Positions 39,738 through 48,800 of a stretch of DNA of 64,000 nucleotides are shown in pieces. Within the stretch, counting starts at the first letter, position 1, and each line of letters starts with the position of its first letter. Made by a program: the position numbers and the translations under genes. The stretch covers positions 10,665 through 74,664 of the forward strand of contig FR883868.1 in NCBI GenBank assembly GCA_000435275.1, given 5' to 3'. Under the pieces are notes generated by a model. It saw only the letters and a list, made by a program, of their open reading frames with translations, did not search any database and was not told the origin of the DNA. This DNA is from Clostridium sp. CAG:557. GTDB taxonomy: Bacteria > Bacillota > Clostridia > Oscillospirales > Acutalibacteraceae.

Positions 39738-40751
39738 TTACTTTAATTTATCAATACTTAGCGTCGCAATCGCATTTAAATCCATTGCAGCAACATTGCC
39801 GTTCTGATATTCATAATATGCTTGCGCACCAACCATTGCTGCATTATCTCCACAAAGTGATAGCTCTGGTGAATAAACTCGCCAGTTTCTTTTTTTGCAC
39901 TCTTCTGATAATCTTTTTCTCAACAAAGTATTGGCTGAAACGCCTCCCGCAATAACCAATTTTTTGTAACCAAAATTCTCCGCGGCTTTAATAAAATTGT
40001 TTATCAAGCAGTCTACAACTGCAGCTCTAAACGAGGCGGACATATCTTCAACGTTTATTAATTCTCCTTTTTGTGCTGCATTATGAATTTGATTTATTAC
40101 CGCAGTTTTAAGTCCAGAAAAGCTAAAATCATATTCAGCATTAGACACCGTCGGGCGCGGCAGTTTATAAACATTCTCATTACCTTTTTCCGCTGCTTTA
40201 TCAAGATGAACCCCTCCAGGATATGGCATTCTCATCGTTCGTGCAACTTTATCAAAAGCTTCCCCTGCTGCATCGTCTCTTGTTCGGCCTATCACTTTTA
40301 AGTCTGCATAACCTTTAACTTCAATTATATGGCTGTGCCCACCAGAAACCACTAAACATAAAAACGGTGGTGTCAAATCTTGGTGAGTTATGTAATTAGC
40401 AGCTATATGTGACCTTAAATGATGAACTGGTATCAAAGGCAAGTTTGAAGACAAAGCCAAACCTTTTGCAAAATTTACTCCCACAAGTAAAGAACCAATA
40501 AGTCCTGGGGCGTAAGTTACAGCTATGGCATTTATATTTTTCAAATTGCAATTTGCGGCCTTCAGCGCCTCACTTGTTACACCAGAAATCGCTTCTATGT
40601 GCATTCTAGAAGCTATCTCTGGCACTACTCCACCATATATTTTATGTTCCTCCACCTGCGATGCCACTATTGATGATAAAATTCTTCTTCCATTTTCAAC
40701 CACTGCTGCAGCCGTTTCATCACAAGAACTTTCTATTGACAAAATTTTCAT
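39738..40751 (-). CDS. tsaD: tRNA N6-adenosine threonylcarbamoyltransferase
   Basis: Kae1/TsaD motifs (MKILSIESSCDETAAAV; HHLRSH; SGGVSAN). Confidence 0.93.
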   Translation of the reverse strand: MKILSIESSCDETAAAVVENGRRILSSIVASQVEEHKIYGGVVPEIASRMHIEAISGVTSEALKAANCNLKNINAIAVTYAPGLIGSLLVGVNFAKGLALSSNLPLIPVHHLRSHIAANYITHQDLTPPFLCLVVSGGHSHIIEVKGYADLKVIGRTRDDAAGEAFDKVARTMRMPYPGGVHLDKAAEKGNENVYKLPRPTVSNAEYDFSFSGLKTAVINQIHNAAQKGELINVEDMSASFRAAVVDCLINNFIKAAENFGYKKLVIAGGVSANTLLRKRLSEECKKRNWRVYSPELSLCGDNAAMVGAQAYYEYQNGNVAAMDLNAIATLSIDKLK

Positions 40752-40780
40752 AAAATTTCCTTCCTCACCTGCTAATCTTT

Positions 40781-40895
40781 AGGGGCACCGCGAGAAGTGC
40801 TTTGCACTTCTGTGCACCGATATCATCGGCGCACTTGCCGAGTTCTCAAACCGAAATAATTTTTAATATGAAAAAGAACTCGTCGCGGTGCCCCT
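40781..40895. repeat. GC-rich structured intergenic element with 13-bp terminal inverted repeats AGGGGCACCGCGA / TCGCGGTGCCCCT (copy 2)
   Basis: Perfect 13-bp TIR (40781-40793 vs 40883-40895). Internal hairpins GAAGTGC-TTT-GCACTTC, CCGAT-ATC-ATCGG and CGAGTTC...GAACTCG. Inserted between rimI and tsaD. It shares GGGCACCGC...GCGGTGCCC with the element at 7301-7423. Confidence 0.5.
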
Positions 40896-40914
40896 ACATA
40901 AAAAATACTAAAAC

Positions 40915-41382
40915 TTAATTTAAATATCTCGTCATAATAATCGCATCTTCTTTTGGGTAAGAATAAAAATTTTTTCTTACTCCTGCCGATAAAAAATTTA
41001 ATTTTTGATATAGAGAAACCGCAGAAACATTAGATTTCCTAACCTCAAGAGAAATGAATTTTAATTTTTTATCCTGAGCAAACTTTACAAGTGCTTCTAA
41101 TAATTTCTTAGCAACTCCATTACCCCTATACTGTGGAAAGACTGCAATATTTGTGATGTACCCCTCGTCAAGAACGAAAGTAAAACCAGTATAGCCAAAA
41201 ACTTTTTCATTTTTATCAACAGCTACCAAAAAACTAGCATTCTCATTGTTTATTTCTTCTTTCAACGAAGTTTTCGACCACGGAACAGAAAAACATATTT
41301 TTTCCAACCGCGCAACTTCCTCCAAATGACGTTCTGACATTAATTTTATTTTAAATTCAATCATTTTAGTCTTCACCGACAT
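40915..41382 (-). CDS. rimI: ribosomal-protein-alanine N-acetyltransferase (GNAT)
   Basis: GNAT fold motifs (Q.RGNGVAKKLL). Conserved rimI-tsaD adjacency. Confidence 0.85.
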   Translation of the reverse strand: MSVKTKMIEFKIKLMSERHLEEVARLEKICFSVPWSKTSLKEEINNENASFLVAVDKNEKVFGYTGFTFVLDEGYITNIAVFPQYRGNGVAKKLLEALVKFAQDKKLKFISLEVRKSNVSAVSLYQKLNFLSAGVRKNFYSYPKEDAIIMTRYLN

Positions 41383-41809
41383 TCATAAAATTAGGATTTT
41401 TAACTAAATCGCATAAAGCATTATAAATCTGGTCTCTACAATGTTCATAAATGTCCAAGTTTCCACCAAAGGGATCCAAAATTTGCTCACCTAAAATAAA
41501 AATTCTTTCATTTTGCACCCCTAAATTAATTAAAAAACTGCGATGCACCGTTGTCATCACAACAAATTTATCAATATGACTAAAATTAACGTCAAAAACG
41601 CTTCTCGATACATGATTTTTCAAATCAACGCCTATCTCTTCGCAAACTTTAATTGCATTTTGTGTCGCCTTAGAAATATTATCGGCAGAAATTCCTGCAC
41701 TCAAAATGTTTATATCTTGCAAATTTTTTTCTTGCACAATTTTCTTAAAAATTCCCGCAGCCATAGGGCTCCTACATGTATTCCCAGTACATACAAAAAG
41801 TACATTCAT
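41366..41809 (-). CDS. low-molecular-weight protein-tyrosine phosphatase / ArsC-like (CX5R)
   Basis: MNVLFVCTGNTCRSPMA P-loop CX5R(S) signature and a DP motif. ATG 41809 follows GGAGG. It overlaps the rimI start by 17 nt. Confidence 0.8.
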   Translation of the reverse strand: MNVLFVCTGNTCRSPMAAGIFKKIVQEKNLQDINILSAGISADNISKATQNAIKVCEEIGVDLKNHVSRSVFDVNFSHIDKFVVMTTVHRSFLINLGVQNERIFILGEQILDPFGGNLDIYEHCRDQIYNALCDLVKNPNFMNVGED

Positions 41810-41834
41810 GTGTAAAGCGCCTCCTTCATTCAAT

Positions 41835-44441
41835 TTAAGATTTTGCATCATACCACGTATTCCCAATATTAGCATCCGCAACCAATGGCACTTTCAACTT
41901 CGCTGCATTCTCCATTTCAAATTTTAAAATCTTTGAAACCACTTTTGCTTCAGTTTCTGGAGCTTCAACTATAAGCTCATCATGTACCTGCAAAATCAGT
42001 TTTGCTTTCAAATTCTCTGTTTTCAGGCGTCTGTTAACATTAATCATTGCAATCTTAATAATATCCGCTGCAGACCCTTGTATCGGCATATTTCTAGCTA
42101 CACGTTCTCCAAATGAACGTAAATTAAAATTTGACGACGACAACTCTGGTAAATATCTTTTTCTTCCAAATATAGTTTCTGCAAATTTATTTTCTTTAGC
42201 TTTTTCTATTGTTTGATTCATGTACTTTTCTACTCCAGAATAATGAGCCAAATAATTATCGATGTAATTTTGAGCATTTTTTCGCGAAACACCAATATCT
42301 TTTGCCAAAGAAAAAGCGCTTATTCCATAAACAATTCCGAAATTAACAGCTTTTGCACGGCTTCTCATGAGTGGAGTTACCATATTTTCTGGCATTCCAA
42401 AAACTTGCGATGCTGTTATCTTATGAATGTCCAAATTATTTTTAAACGCGTCAATCATGTTTTTATCGTCCGACAGATGCGCCAAAATTCTTAATTCTAT
42501 TTGAGAATAATCCGCATCAACTAAAACCCATCCTTCTCGTGCACAAAAGTAACGTCTTAATTCTTTTCCGCGTTCTGTTCTGACAGGAATATTTTGCAAA
42601 TTTGGCTCCAATGAGCTTATTCTTCCTGTCCGCGTTTCAATTTGATTAAACCTCGAATGAACTCTTCCGTCCATATCAATAACTTTCAACATGCCGTCAC
42701 AGTAAGTGCTTTTTAATTTTGAAAGCGCCCTGTACTGTAAAATCAATTCCACAACCGGGTGAAAGTCACGAATATTCTCAAGAACCTCTGCATTTGTTGA
42801 ATAGCCACTCTTAGTCTTTTTGCCTTTTGGCAGTTTCATCTCCTCAAAAAGAATCAGTCCCAGCTGTTTTGGCGAATTTATATTGAAGTTTTTGCCCACA
42901 ATTTTAAATATTTTTTCCTGAATCTCTTGCAGCTCTTCTTGCAATTTCTCTCCATAAGCTTTTATTCCACTTGCATCAACTAAAAATCCCGTCATTTCCA
43001 TATCTGCTAAAACCATCGCTAAAGGAATTTCAATATTTTTAAGCAAATTTTTTTGAGTGTTATTTTCAATCTCCACAGTAATTTTTTCACACAATTCGTT
43101 AAACTCTGCAACACTTCGTGCAAAGTCCAAGTATTCATTTTGCTCACAATTCACACTGACTTTATTTACGCAGAACTCTTTAGTTAACGTTTCAAAATCG
43201 TAATTTTTGCTTGACGGATTAAGCAAATACGCCGCTAAAATTACGTCCATCTTAACGTTTCTCACACAAATGTTTTGCCGTTGCATCGCCTCATAAAACG
43301 GCTTTACATCGTAAGTTCTCTTCAAAATTTGTTCATTTTCCATAACCAACTTAACAAAATTTTTGTATTTATTTAAATCAGACAAAATATAGACCTTACT
43401 ATTCCAGTAAAACCCCAAGCTTATTGCTTGTCCAGGTTGATAATTCACTAAAAAATCGAAAGTCTTACTCGTACTTATTACTTTTTCTAAATTTTCTAAA
43501 GACTCGTCAAAAATAACATCTACACTTTTTGTTAAAGCTTTTTCAGTTTCTTTCTCTGCGACTTCTTTTAAGCCCAGCTTATTTAAAAGTGAAAACATTT
43601 CAAGCTCAGAAAGCATTTTAGAAACTTCGCCTTCATTTATTTTCTTAGGAATATAACCGCTCAAATTTAAATCTATCGGCACATTTTTAACAATCGTTCC
43701 AAGGTATTTGCTCAAAAAAGCATTATCCTTCGACGCAAGCAGCTTCTTTTTAACGCCGTCTTTAATATCAATCTTATCTATGTTATCGTAAATATACTCG
43801 ATTGAACCAAACTTCCGAATCAAATCACCCGCGCCTTTTTCACCTATTCCAGCAACGCCTGAAATGTTGTCTGATGCGTCCCCTTGTATAGCTTTTATGT
43901 CAATTAACTGTTTTGGAACTACTCCATAAACCTCTTGTATTTTTTCTTCATCATACAAAGTAACTTCCGGTTTTCCAAATTTTGTCACAGCAATTCTAAC
44001 AGAAACATTTGGAGACACCAGCTGCAAACTGTCTCTATCTCCTGTTGCAATAACGCATTTTTCGCCGGAGTTTTCACAAGCAAGTGCCAAAGTGCCCAAT
44101 ATATCATCTGCCTCATAGCCTTCTTTTTCCACCAGTTTATACCCCATATTAATAAGCAACTTTTTTAAAACGGGAAATTGTGCGGCAAGTTCTTCCGGCA
44201 TACCTTTCCGATTTGCTTTGTATTCACTGTAAGCTTTATGTCGAAATGTAGGTGCTTTCATGTCAAACGCAATAGCCACCGCATCTGGATTAATTTCCTC
44301 ATTTAACTTGCTTAACATTGTCAAAAATCCATATATCGCATTTGTATAAAAACCTTTTTTGGTCGTTAAAAGCTTAATGCCATAAAATGCCCGGTTAAAT
44401 ATGCTATTTCCATCTAAAACAAGTAATTTCATCGATAACAC
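41835..44441 (-). CDS. polA: DNA polymerase I
   Basis: 868 aa. 5'-3' exonuclease domain, an inactive-type 3'-5' domain and pol A family motifs (DYSQIELR, KAVNFGIVYG, QVHDELI). Confidence 0.95.
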   Translation of the reverse strand: MLSMKLLVLDGNSIFNRAFYGIKLLTTKKGFYTNAIYGFLTMLSKLNEEINPDAVAIAFDMKAPTFRHKAYSEYKANRKGMPEELAAQFPVLKKLLINMGYKLVEKEGYEADDILGTLALACENSGEKCVIATGDRDSLQLVSPNVSVRIAVTKFGKPEVTLYDEEKIQEVYGVVPKQLIDIKAIQGDASDNISGVAGIGEKGAGDLIRKFGSIEYIYDNIDKIDIKDGVKKKLLASKDNAFLSKYLGTIVKNVPIDLNLSGYIPKKINEGEVSKMLSELEMFSLLNKLGLKEVAEKETEKALTKSVDVIFDESLENLEKVISTSKTFDFLVNYQPGQAISLGFYWNSKVYILSDLNKYKNFVKLVMENEQILKRTYDVKPFYEAMQRQNICVRNVKMDVILAAYLLNPSSKNYDFETLTKEFCVNKVSVNCEQNEYLDFARSVAEFNELCEKITVEIENNTQKNLLKNIEIPLAMVLADMEMTGFLVDASGIKAYGEKLQEELQEIQEKIFKIVGKNFNINSPKQLGLILFEEMKLPKGKKTKSGYSTNAEVLENIRDFHPVVELILQYRALSKLKSTYCDGMLKVIDMDGRVHSRFNQIETRTGRISSLEPNLQNIPVRTERGKELRRYFCAREGWVLVDADYSQIELRILAHLSDDKNMIDAFKNNLDIHKITASQVFGMPENMVTPLMRSRAKAVNFGIVYGISAFSLAKDIGVSRKNAQNYIDNYLAHYSGVEKYMNQTIEKAKENKFAETIFGRKRYLPELSSSNFNLRSFGERVARNMPIQGSAADIIKIAMINVNRRLKTENLKAKLILQVHDELIVEAPETEAKVVSKILKFEMENAAKLKVPLVADANIGNTWYDAKS

Positions 44442-44573
44442 TCCAAAAAATTTATAAATTTATTATATCACACTTCGTCGAATAAATCAGCTCTGTATTC
44501 TGCCGTGGACTTTTCGACAAAAATATGATAAAATTAATATATAAATTTACTCAGCTTAATTGGAGGAATTATA

Positions 44574-45551
44574 TTGAAAATCGGAAACGTTGAAATAAAC
44601 GGTTCTGTCGCACTTGCACCTATGGCCGGCGTTGCCGATAAAACTTTTCGAGAACTTTGTGTAAAATTTGGTGCTAGCTACGTTATAAGCGAGATGGTTA
44701 GCTCTCGCGGAATTTCCTTTTCTAATGAAAAAACTATTAATTTGCTACAACTTTCTGAAAATGAGCATCCTTGCGCTATCCAAATTTTCGGCGATAATCC
44801 CGAAATAATGGCACGCGCTGCAACCTTTGCATTAAAATATAAACCTGACATTATTGACATAAATATGGGGTGTCCTGCACCTAAAGTGAACAAAAGTGGT
44901 GGCGGCTCTGTCTTGATGAAAACTCCGGAACTTTGTGGAAAAATTGTAAATGCCGTCAAAAAAGCTGTAAATGTTCCCGTTACTGTGAAAATTCGAAAAG
45001 GTTGGGATGAAAACAGTATTAATGCGCCACTCATTGCAAAAATTTGTGAAGATTCCGGTGCTGATGCTATTACTATTCACGGAAGAACCCGCGAACAAAT
45101 GTATAAACCGAATGTTGACATTAATATTATTGAAAAAGTGAAAAATTCCGTCAAAATTCCGGTTATCGGCAATGGTGATATTTCTTGCGGTCTAAACGCT
45201 TATAATATGCTCAATAAAACTGGTTGTGATATGGTTATGGTTGGGCGTGCAGCTTTGGGTAATCCTTGGATATTTTCTGAAATTAACCAATTTTTAAACT
45301 CAGCTATTAGTTACAAAGAGCCAAATATAGAGGAAAAATTAAAAATTATGCTCTCTCATGTTAATTCTATATGTAAAAATGACGGTGAAAAGCACGGTAT
45401 GATTAAAGCTAGAAGACATATTACTTTCTACATAAAAGGAATTCCTGATGCCGCCGCTTTTAGAAACAGGGCTTGTAAAGTTGAAACTTTTGCTCAACTT
45501 CAAAGCCTTTCTGACGAAATTTTAACTACATTTTATAAAAATAATAAATAA
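44574..45551 (+). CDS. dusB: tRNA-dihydrouridine synthase
   Basis: Dus family TIM-barrel motifs (LAPMAGV.D..FR; NMGCP; KIR.GWD; HGRTR). Confidence 0.9.
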   Translation: MKIGNVEINGSVALAPMAGVADKTFRELCVKFGASYVISEMVSSRGISFSNEKTINLLQLSENEHPCAIQIFGDNPEIMARAATFALKYKPDIIDINMGCPAPKVNKSGGGSVLMKTPELCGKIVNAVKKAVNVPVTVKIRKGWDENSINAPLIAKICEDSGADAITIHGRTREQMYKPNVDINIIEKVKNSVKIPVIGNGDISCGLNAYNMLNKTGCDMVMVGRAALGNPWIFSEINQFLNSAISYKEPNIEEKLKIMLSHVNSICKNDGEKHGMIKARRHITFYIKGIPDAAAFRNRACKVETFAQLQSLSDEILTTFYKNNK

Positions 45552-45582
45552 ACTTATAATGAATTTATTTTTGGAGGAAATT

Positions 45583-46425
45583 ATGAAAAAAATTGCTATA
45601 ATCACTGATTCTGCCGGAGATTTATCCGCTAGCTTTGCAAAAAAACATAATATAAAAGTAATTCCACTTAGAATTTGTTTTTCTGATAGGGAATTTCTCG
45701 ATGGAGTTAATATTCGCAGTAGTGAAATCTATCAATTTATGGACAAAGAAATTCCAAAATCATCACTACCTTATCGCAATGACATAATTTCTACTTTCGA
45801 ACAAGTTAAAAGTGAAGGCTACACGGATGTAATTTATATCGGAATTTCTTCTGGCTTGTCTGGAACATTCAATTCTGTGCGATTAATTGCTAATGAATTT
45901 GACGGTTTAAATATTCACTGTTTCGACTCAAAAGCCTTGTCGTGTGCGCAAAATATGCTAATTTCAACTGCCGTAACTGCTCTTAAAACTACTGACAATG
46001 TTCAGGAAATTCTTAATAAACTTCAAAAAACGCGTAAAAAAATGGTTGCTATGTTCTGTGTTCGTGACCTTACTTACTTAATTAAAGGCGGACGCATTGG
46101 AAAAGTGGCAGGAACTGTTGGCACACTGTTAAAATTATGCCCTGTTATCAAGGTTAACGATGATGGTGTTTATGAAACCGCTTCCAAAACTATCGGGTTT
46201 AACCGTGCCATCGACACTCTCATAAACGAATTTAAAACTCACTTTGCAAATGCTGAAATTGCTATTTCACTAACTTATTCTTCCAATAAAGAAATTGCAG
46301 AAAAAATAAAGTCCGAAATAAAAAAGCATTGTAAAGTTAAATTTTGTGAAATGAACCCTGTTACTGCCGTTTTAGGTGTACATACTGGTCCAGACATGGC
46401 AGGAATAGCTGCTTACCAAATTTAA
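45583..46425 (+). CDS. DegV-family fatty-acid-binding protein (FakB-like)
   Basis: MKKIAIITDSAGDL N-terminus and DegV fold. ATG 45583 follows GGAGG. The ORF-track start at 45559 was rejected. Confidence 0.85.
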   Translation: MKKIAIITDSAGDLSASFAKKHNIKVIPLRICFSDREFLDGVNIRSSEIYQFMDKEIPKSSLPYRNDIISTFEQVKSEGYTDVIYIGISSGLSGTFNSVRLIANEFDGLNIHCFDSKALSCAQNMLISTAVTALKTTDNVQEILNKLQKTRKKMVAMFCVRDLTYLIKGGRIGKVAGTVGTLLKLCPVIKVNDDGVYETASKTIGFNRAIDTLINEFKTHFANAEIAISLTYSSNKEIAEKIKSEIKKHCKVKFCEMNPVTAVLGVHTGPDMAGIAAYQI

Positions 46426-46440
46426 ATTTAATATAAAAAT

Positions 46441-46476
46441 AAGCCTTTTGAAACAAAGTTCAAAAGGCTTTTTTGT
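46441..46476 (+). terminator. rho-independent terminator after degV
   Basis: 12-bp stem AAGCCTTTTGAA/TTCAAAAGGCTT followed by TTTTT. Confidence 0.75.
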
Positions 46477-46597
46477 CACCTAAAATTTAAAATTAATATT
46501 ATGTATTGATAAGTTTATTTTTGATGTTTATTTTTATTAAAATCCGGTAAAAATATTTTTATCAAAACTATAATAAAATTTTCGGAGTGTGAAAAAG

Positions 46598-46969
46598 GTG
46601 ACTATAAAACGTGGGGACATCTTTTATGCTGATTTAAGTCCTGTTGTAGGCTCAGAACAAGGTGGAATTAGGCCGGTTTTAATCGTTCAAAATGACGTCG
46701 GAAACAAATTCAGTCCAACAGTAATCGCAGCCGCTATCACAAGTCAACATTCAAAGGCCGACCTTCCTACTCACATACAACTTCAAGCTCATGGATGTGG
46801 TCTTTCTAAAGATTCCGTAGTACTGTTGGAGCAAATTCGAACTCTCGATAAAAAACGTTTAAAAGAAAAAATGGGCTGTCTGGATACTTTTGCAATGAAT
46901 TTGGTAGACAAAGCGCTGTCTATAAGTTTCGGTCTTTTAAATAACTACGCTATAAAAGAAGCTACATAA
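46598..46969 (+). CDS. mazF: PemK/MazF-family endoribonuclease toxin (EndoA/NdoA-like)
   Basis: Near-colinear similarity to Bacillus EndoA ([39 protein letters not shown]...LPTH....LLEQIRT.DK.RL). GTG start at 46598 lies 10 nt after GGAG. No antitoxin ORF is adjacent. Confidence 0.85.
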   Translation: MTIKRGDIFYADLSPVVGSEQGGIRPVLIVQNDVGNKFSPTVIAAAITSQHSKADLPTHIQLQAHGCGLSKDSVVLLEQIRTLDKKRLKEKMGCLDTFAMNLVDKALSISFGLLNNYAIKEAT

Positions 46970-47103
46970 AAACAAAACAAGACTTTCAAAAATTCAGTTT
47001 CTTTTTAGCCAAAAAAGCGACTGCTTTAGCTTATGTGCTAGCAATCGCTTTAAATATTCTTTAAATTTTAAACATTATTTAAATTTCATTAACCTTACGG
47101 TGC

Positions 47104-48621
47104 TTATGGTGCGTCTAAAGCTGCTCCCGGTTGTTCCGCCTCGGCAGCACCGTGCGCAACATCTCCAGTGATATTAACATCGCCTTCAATTTTTTGTTGA
47201 CCTACAGGCATATTAACAACATTAACATTTATTACAGGTTGAAGTGCAGAGGCTGCTTGCGTGGTTTGTGGTTGACCGCCTTGTGCTCCATCATTTGTAT
47301 CTGTCTGCTGTGCTGGTTGTGCTGGTTGCTGACCGCCTTGCATTCCATTGCTTTCTTGTTGTTGTGAGTCTATTTTCGCTTCATTATTTTTAGGTTTTGG
47401 TTCTACTTTATTCATAATATCTAAAGTCTTTCTAAAGCCATTACTTATACCAGACCAAGAAGCCTTAATAAAGTCAGACATAAATTGTGGTAAAACAGAG
47501 TCTATTGTTTTCAATGTTAAATTGCCTAAGTTTTTGAACCATTGGTACATACCTGGTTTTTCTTTAGTGGAATTTATTAAACTTTCCACTTCGCTTAATT
47601 TTTCTTCATCAATAGGTTTACCATCTTCAGGCATTTTAAATACTTTTTGAATGCTAAATTCTAAAGTAGATTTGTCATTATGTAAAAAGTCGTAACCATT
47701 TAATGCAAGCAAATTAAATAACTTATAAGCTTCTGGTTTATCTTCTATGTTGTTATTAACAACAACTGCCAAATGTTGAATAGGTTTTTCTGCAGAAAGC
47801 GTTGCAACTAATCCATATTTTTTCAGATCACTTTCAGATTTATCTACAAAAGAATCACAAATTTTATTTTTTTGTAAATCAGCTGCTTTATTTTTTTCAT
47901 CAGCCTCTTTCTTTGAATAAAAATGAGAAACATTAATTGGCTCTTTATAATCTACAAACTTAAATATGTTTCCATTTTCTACTGTATTATACGGATCATA
48001 TTGATCAACATTAGGGTCCTGCAAACCTGCTAAAGCTCTTTTAACCATTTCCTCTGATAATTTAACTCCATTACTTTTACCATTTTGATCTACAATTTTC
48101 TTATTAAAGTCATCAATAGTTTTCTTTTCTAACTTTTTTTCACCCTCTTTTACATCCTTCGTAAAAAACACTTTTGCGTCTTCTTTAGATATAGGTAAAA
48201 GACGATATTCTACTGGAACACGTTTATCAACCATCCAATTCCAAAATCTTTTAGGAATATTATACCAACAAGCTTTTTCTTTTACTCCATCTAACATAAA
48301 CTTATTAAATTCTTTTCTTTTTGGAGTTTTCCTAAGGAAAGTTGACAGATTAAAAGGATTAAAACTATAGTGCAGAGGCTCCTCTTTTGTCTCAACTTGT
48401 ACTCCCATATTGGGCATCAATGCATTTGTGTCTTTAATTTTCACCTCAACAATTCCCAAACAACCTGCCTGCATATCTTTGCTTACCCAAGGATATTTAG
48501 AAGGTTTAACTAAAGTTGCTGAACATAAATTTGATTTAACTTTAGCCGATAATGCAAAACTTATTGGCGAAAAATTAGTCAAAATAGCTATAGCTAAACT
48601 TGTTATAATAAATTTTTTCAT
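47104..48621 (-). CDS. secreted protein of unknown function with Q/G/P-rich C-terminal low-complexity tail
   Basis: N-terminal signal peptide MKKFIITSLAIAILTNFSPISFALSAK. ~400-aa K/E-rich globular region with no recognisable domain. C-terminal ~100 aa is QGGQQPAQPAQQ-type repeats encoded by GC-rich short tandem repeats (TTGACCGCCTTG). Confidence 0.6.
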   Translation of the reverse strand: MKKFIITSLAIAILTNFSPISFALSAKVKSNLCSATLVKPSKYPWVSKDMQAGCLGIVEVKIKDTNALMPNMGVQVETKEEPLHYSFNPFNLSTFLRKTPKRKEFNKFMLDGVKEKACWYNIPKRFWNWMVDKRVPVEYRLLPISKEDAKVFFTKDVKEGEKKLEKKTIDDFNKKIVDQNGKSNGVKLSEEMVKRALAGLQDPNVDQYDPYNTVENGNIFKFVDYKEPINVSHFYSKKEADEKNKAADLQKNKICDSFVDKSESDLKKYGLVATLSAEKPIQHLAVVVNNNIEDKPEAYKLFNLLALNGYDFLHNDKSTLEFSIQKVFKMPEDGKPIDEEKLSEVESLINSTKEKPGMYQWFKNLGNLTLKTIDSVLPQFMSDFIKASWSGISNGFRKTLDIMNKVEPKPKNNEAKIDSQQQESNGMQGGQQPAQPAQQTDTNDGAQGGQPQTTQAASALQPVINVNVVNMPVGQQKIEGDVNITGDVAHGAAEAEQPGAALDAP

Positions 48622-48800
48622 AAATATAATTCTCCCTTTCAACTTCATGTTTATATTATATCACAGCAGTTACTTAATTTCAAATTTTTATGAAATTTTC
48701 TCTTATTTATATAAACAACCCCCAAAATAATTTGAAAAATCTGTCGATTTAACGAAAAATCAAATATTATTCAATGAATAACATACGAAACATTTTTTAA

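Noticed and set aside
46476-46597. Type III (RNA repeat) antitoxin or small antitoxin ORF upstream of mazF
   Set aside because: Only a short GTTTATTTTT duplication is present and there is no tandem 30-40-nt repeat array. No ORF of antitoxin length fits in 122 nt.
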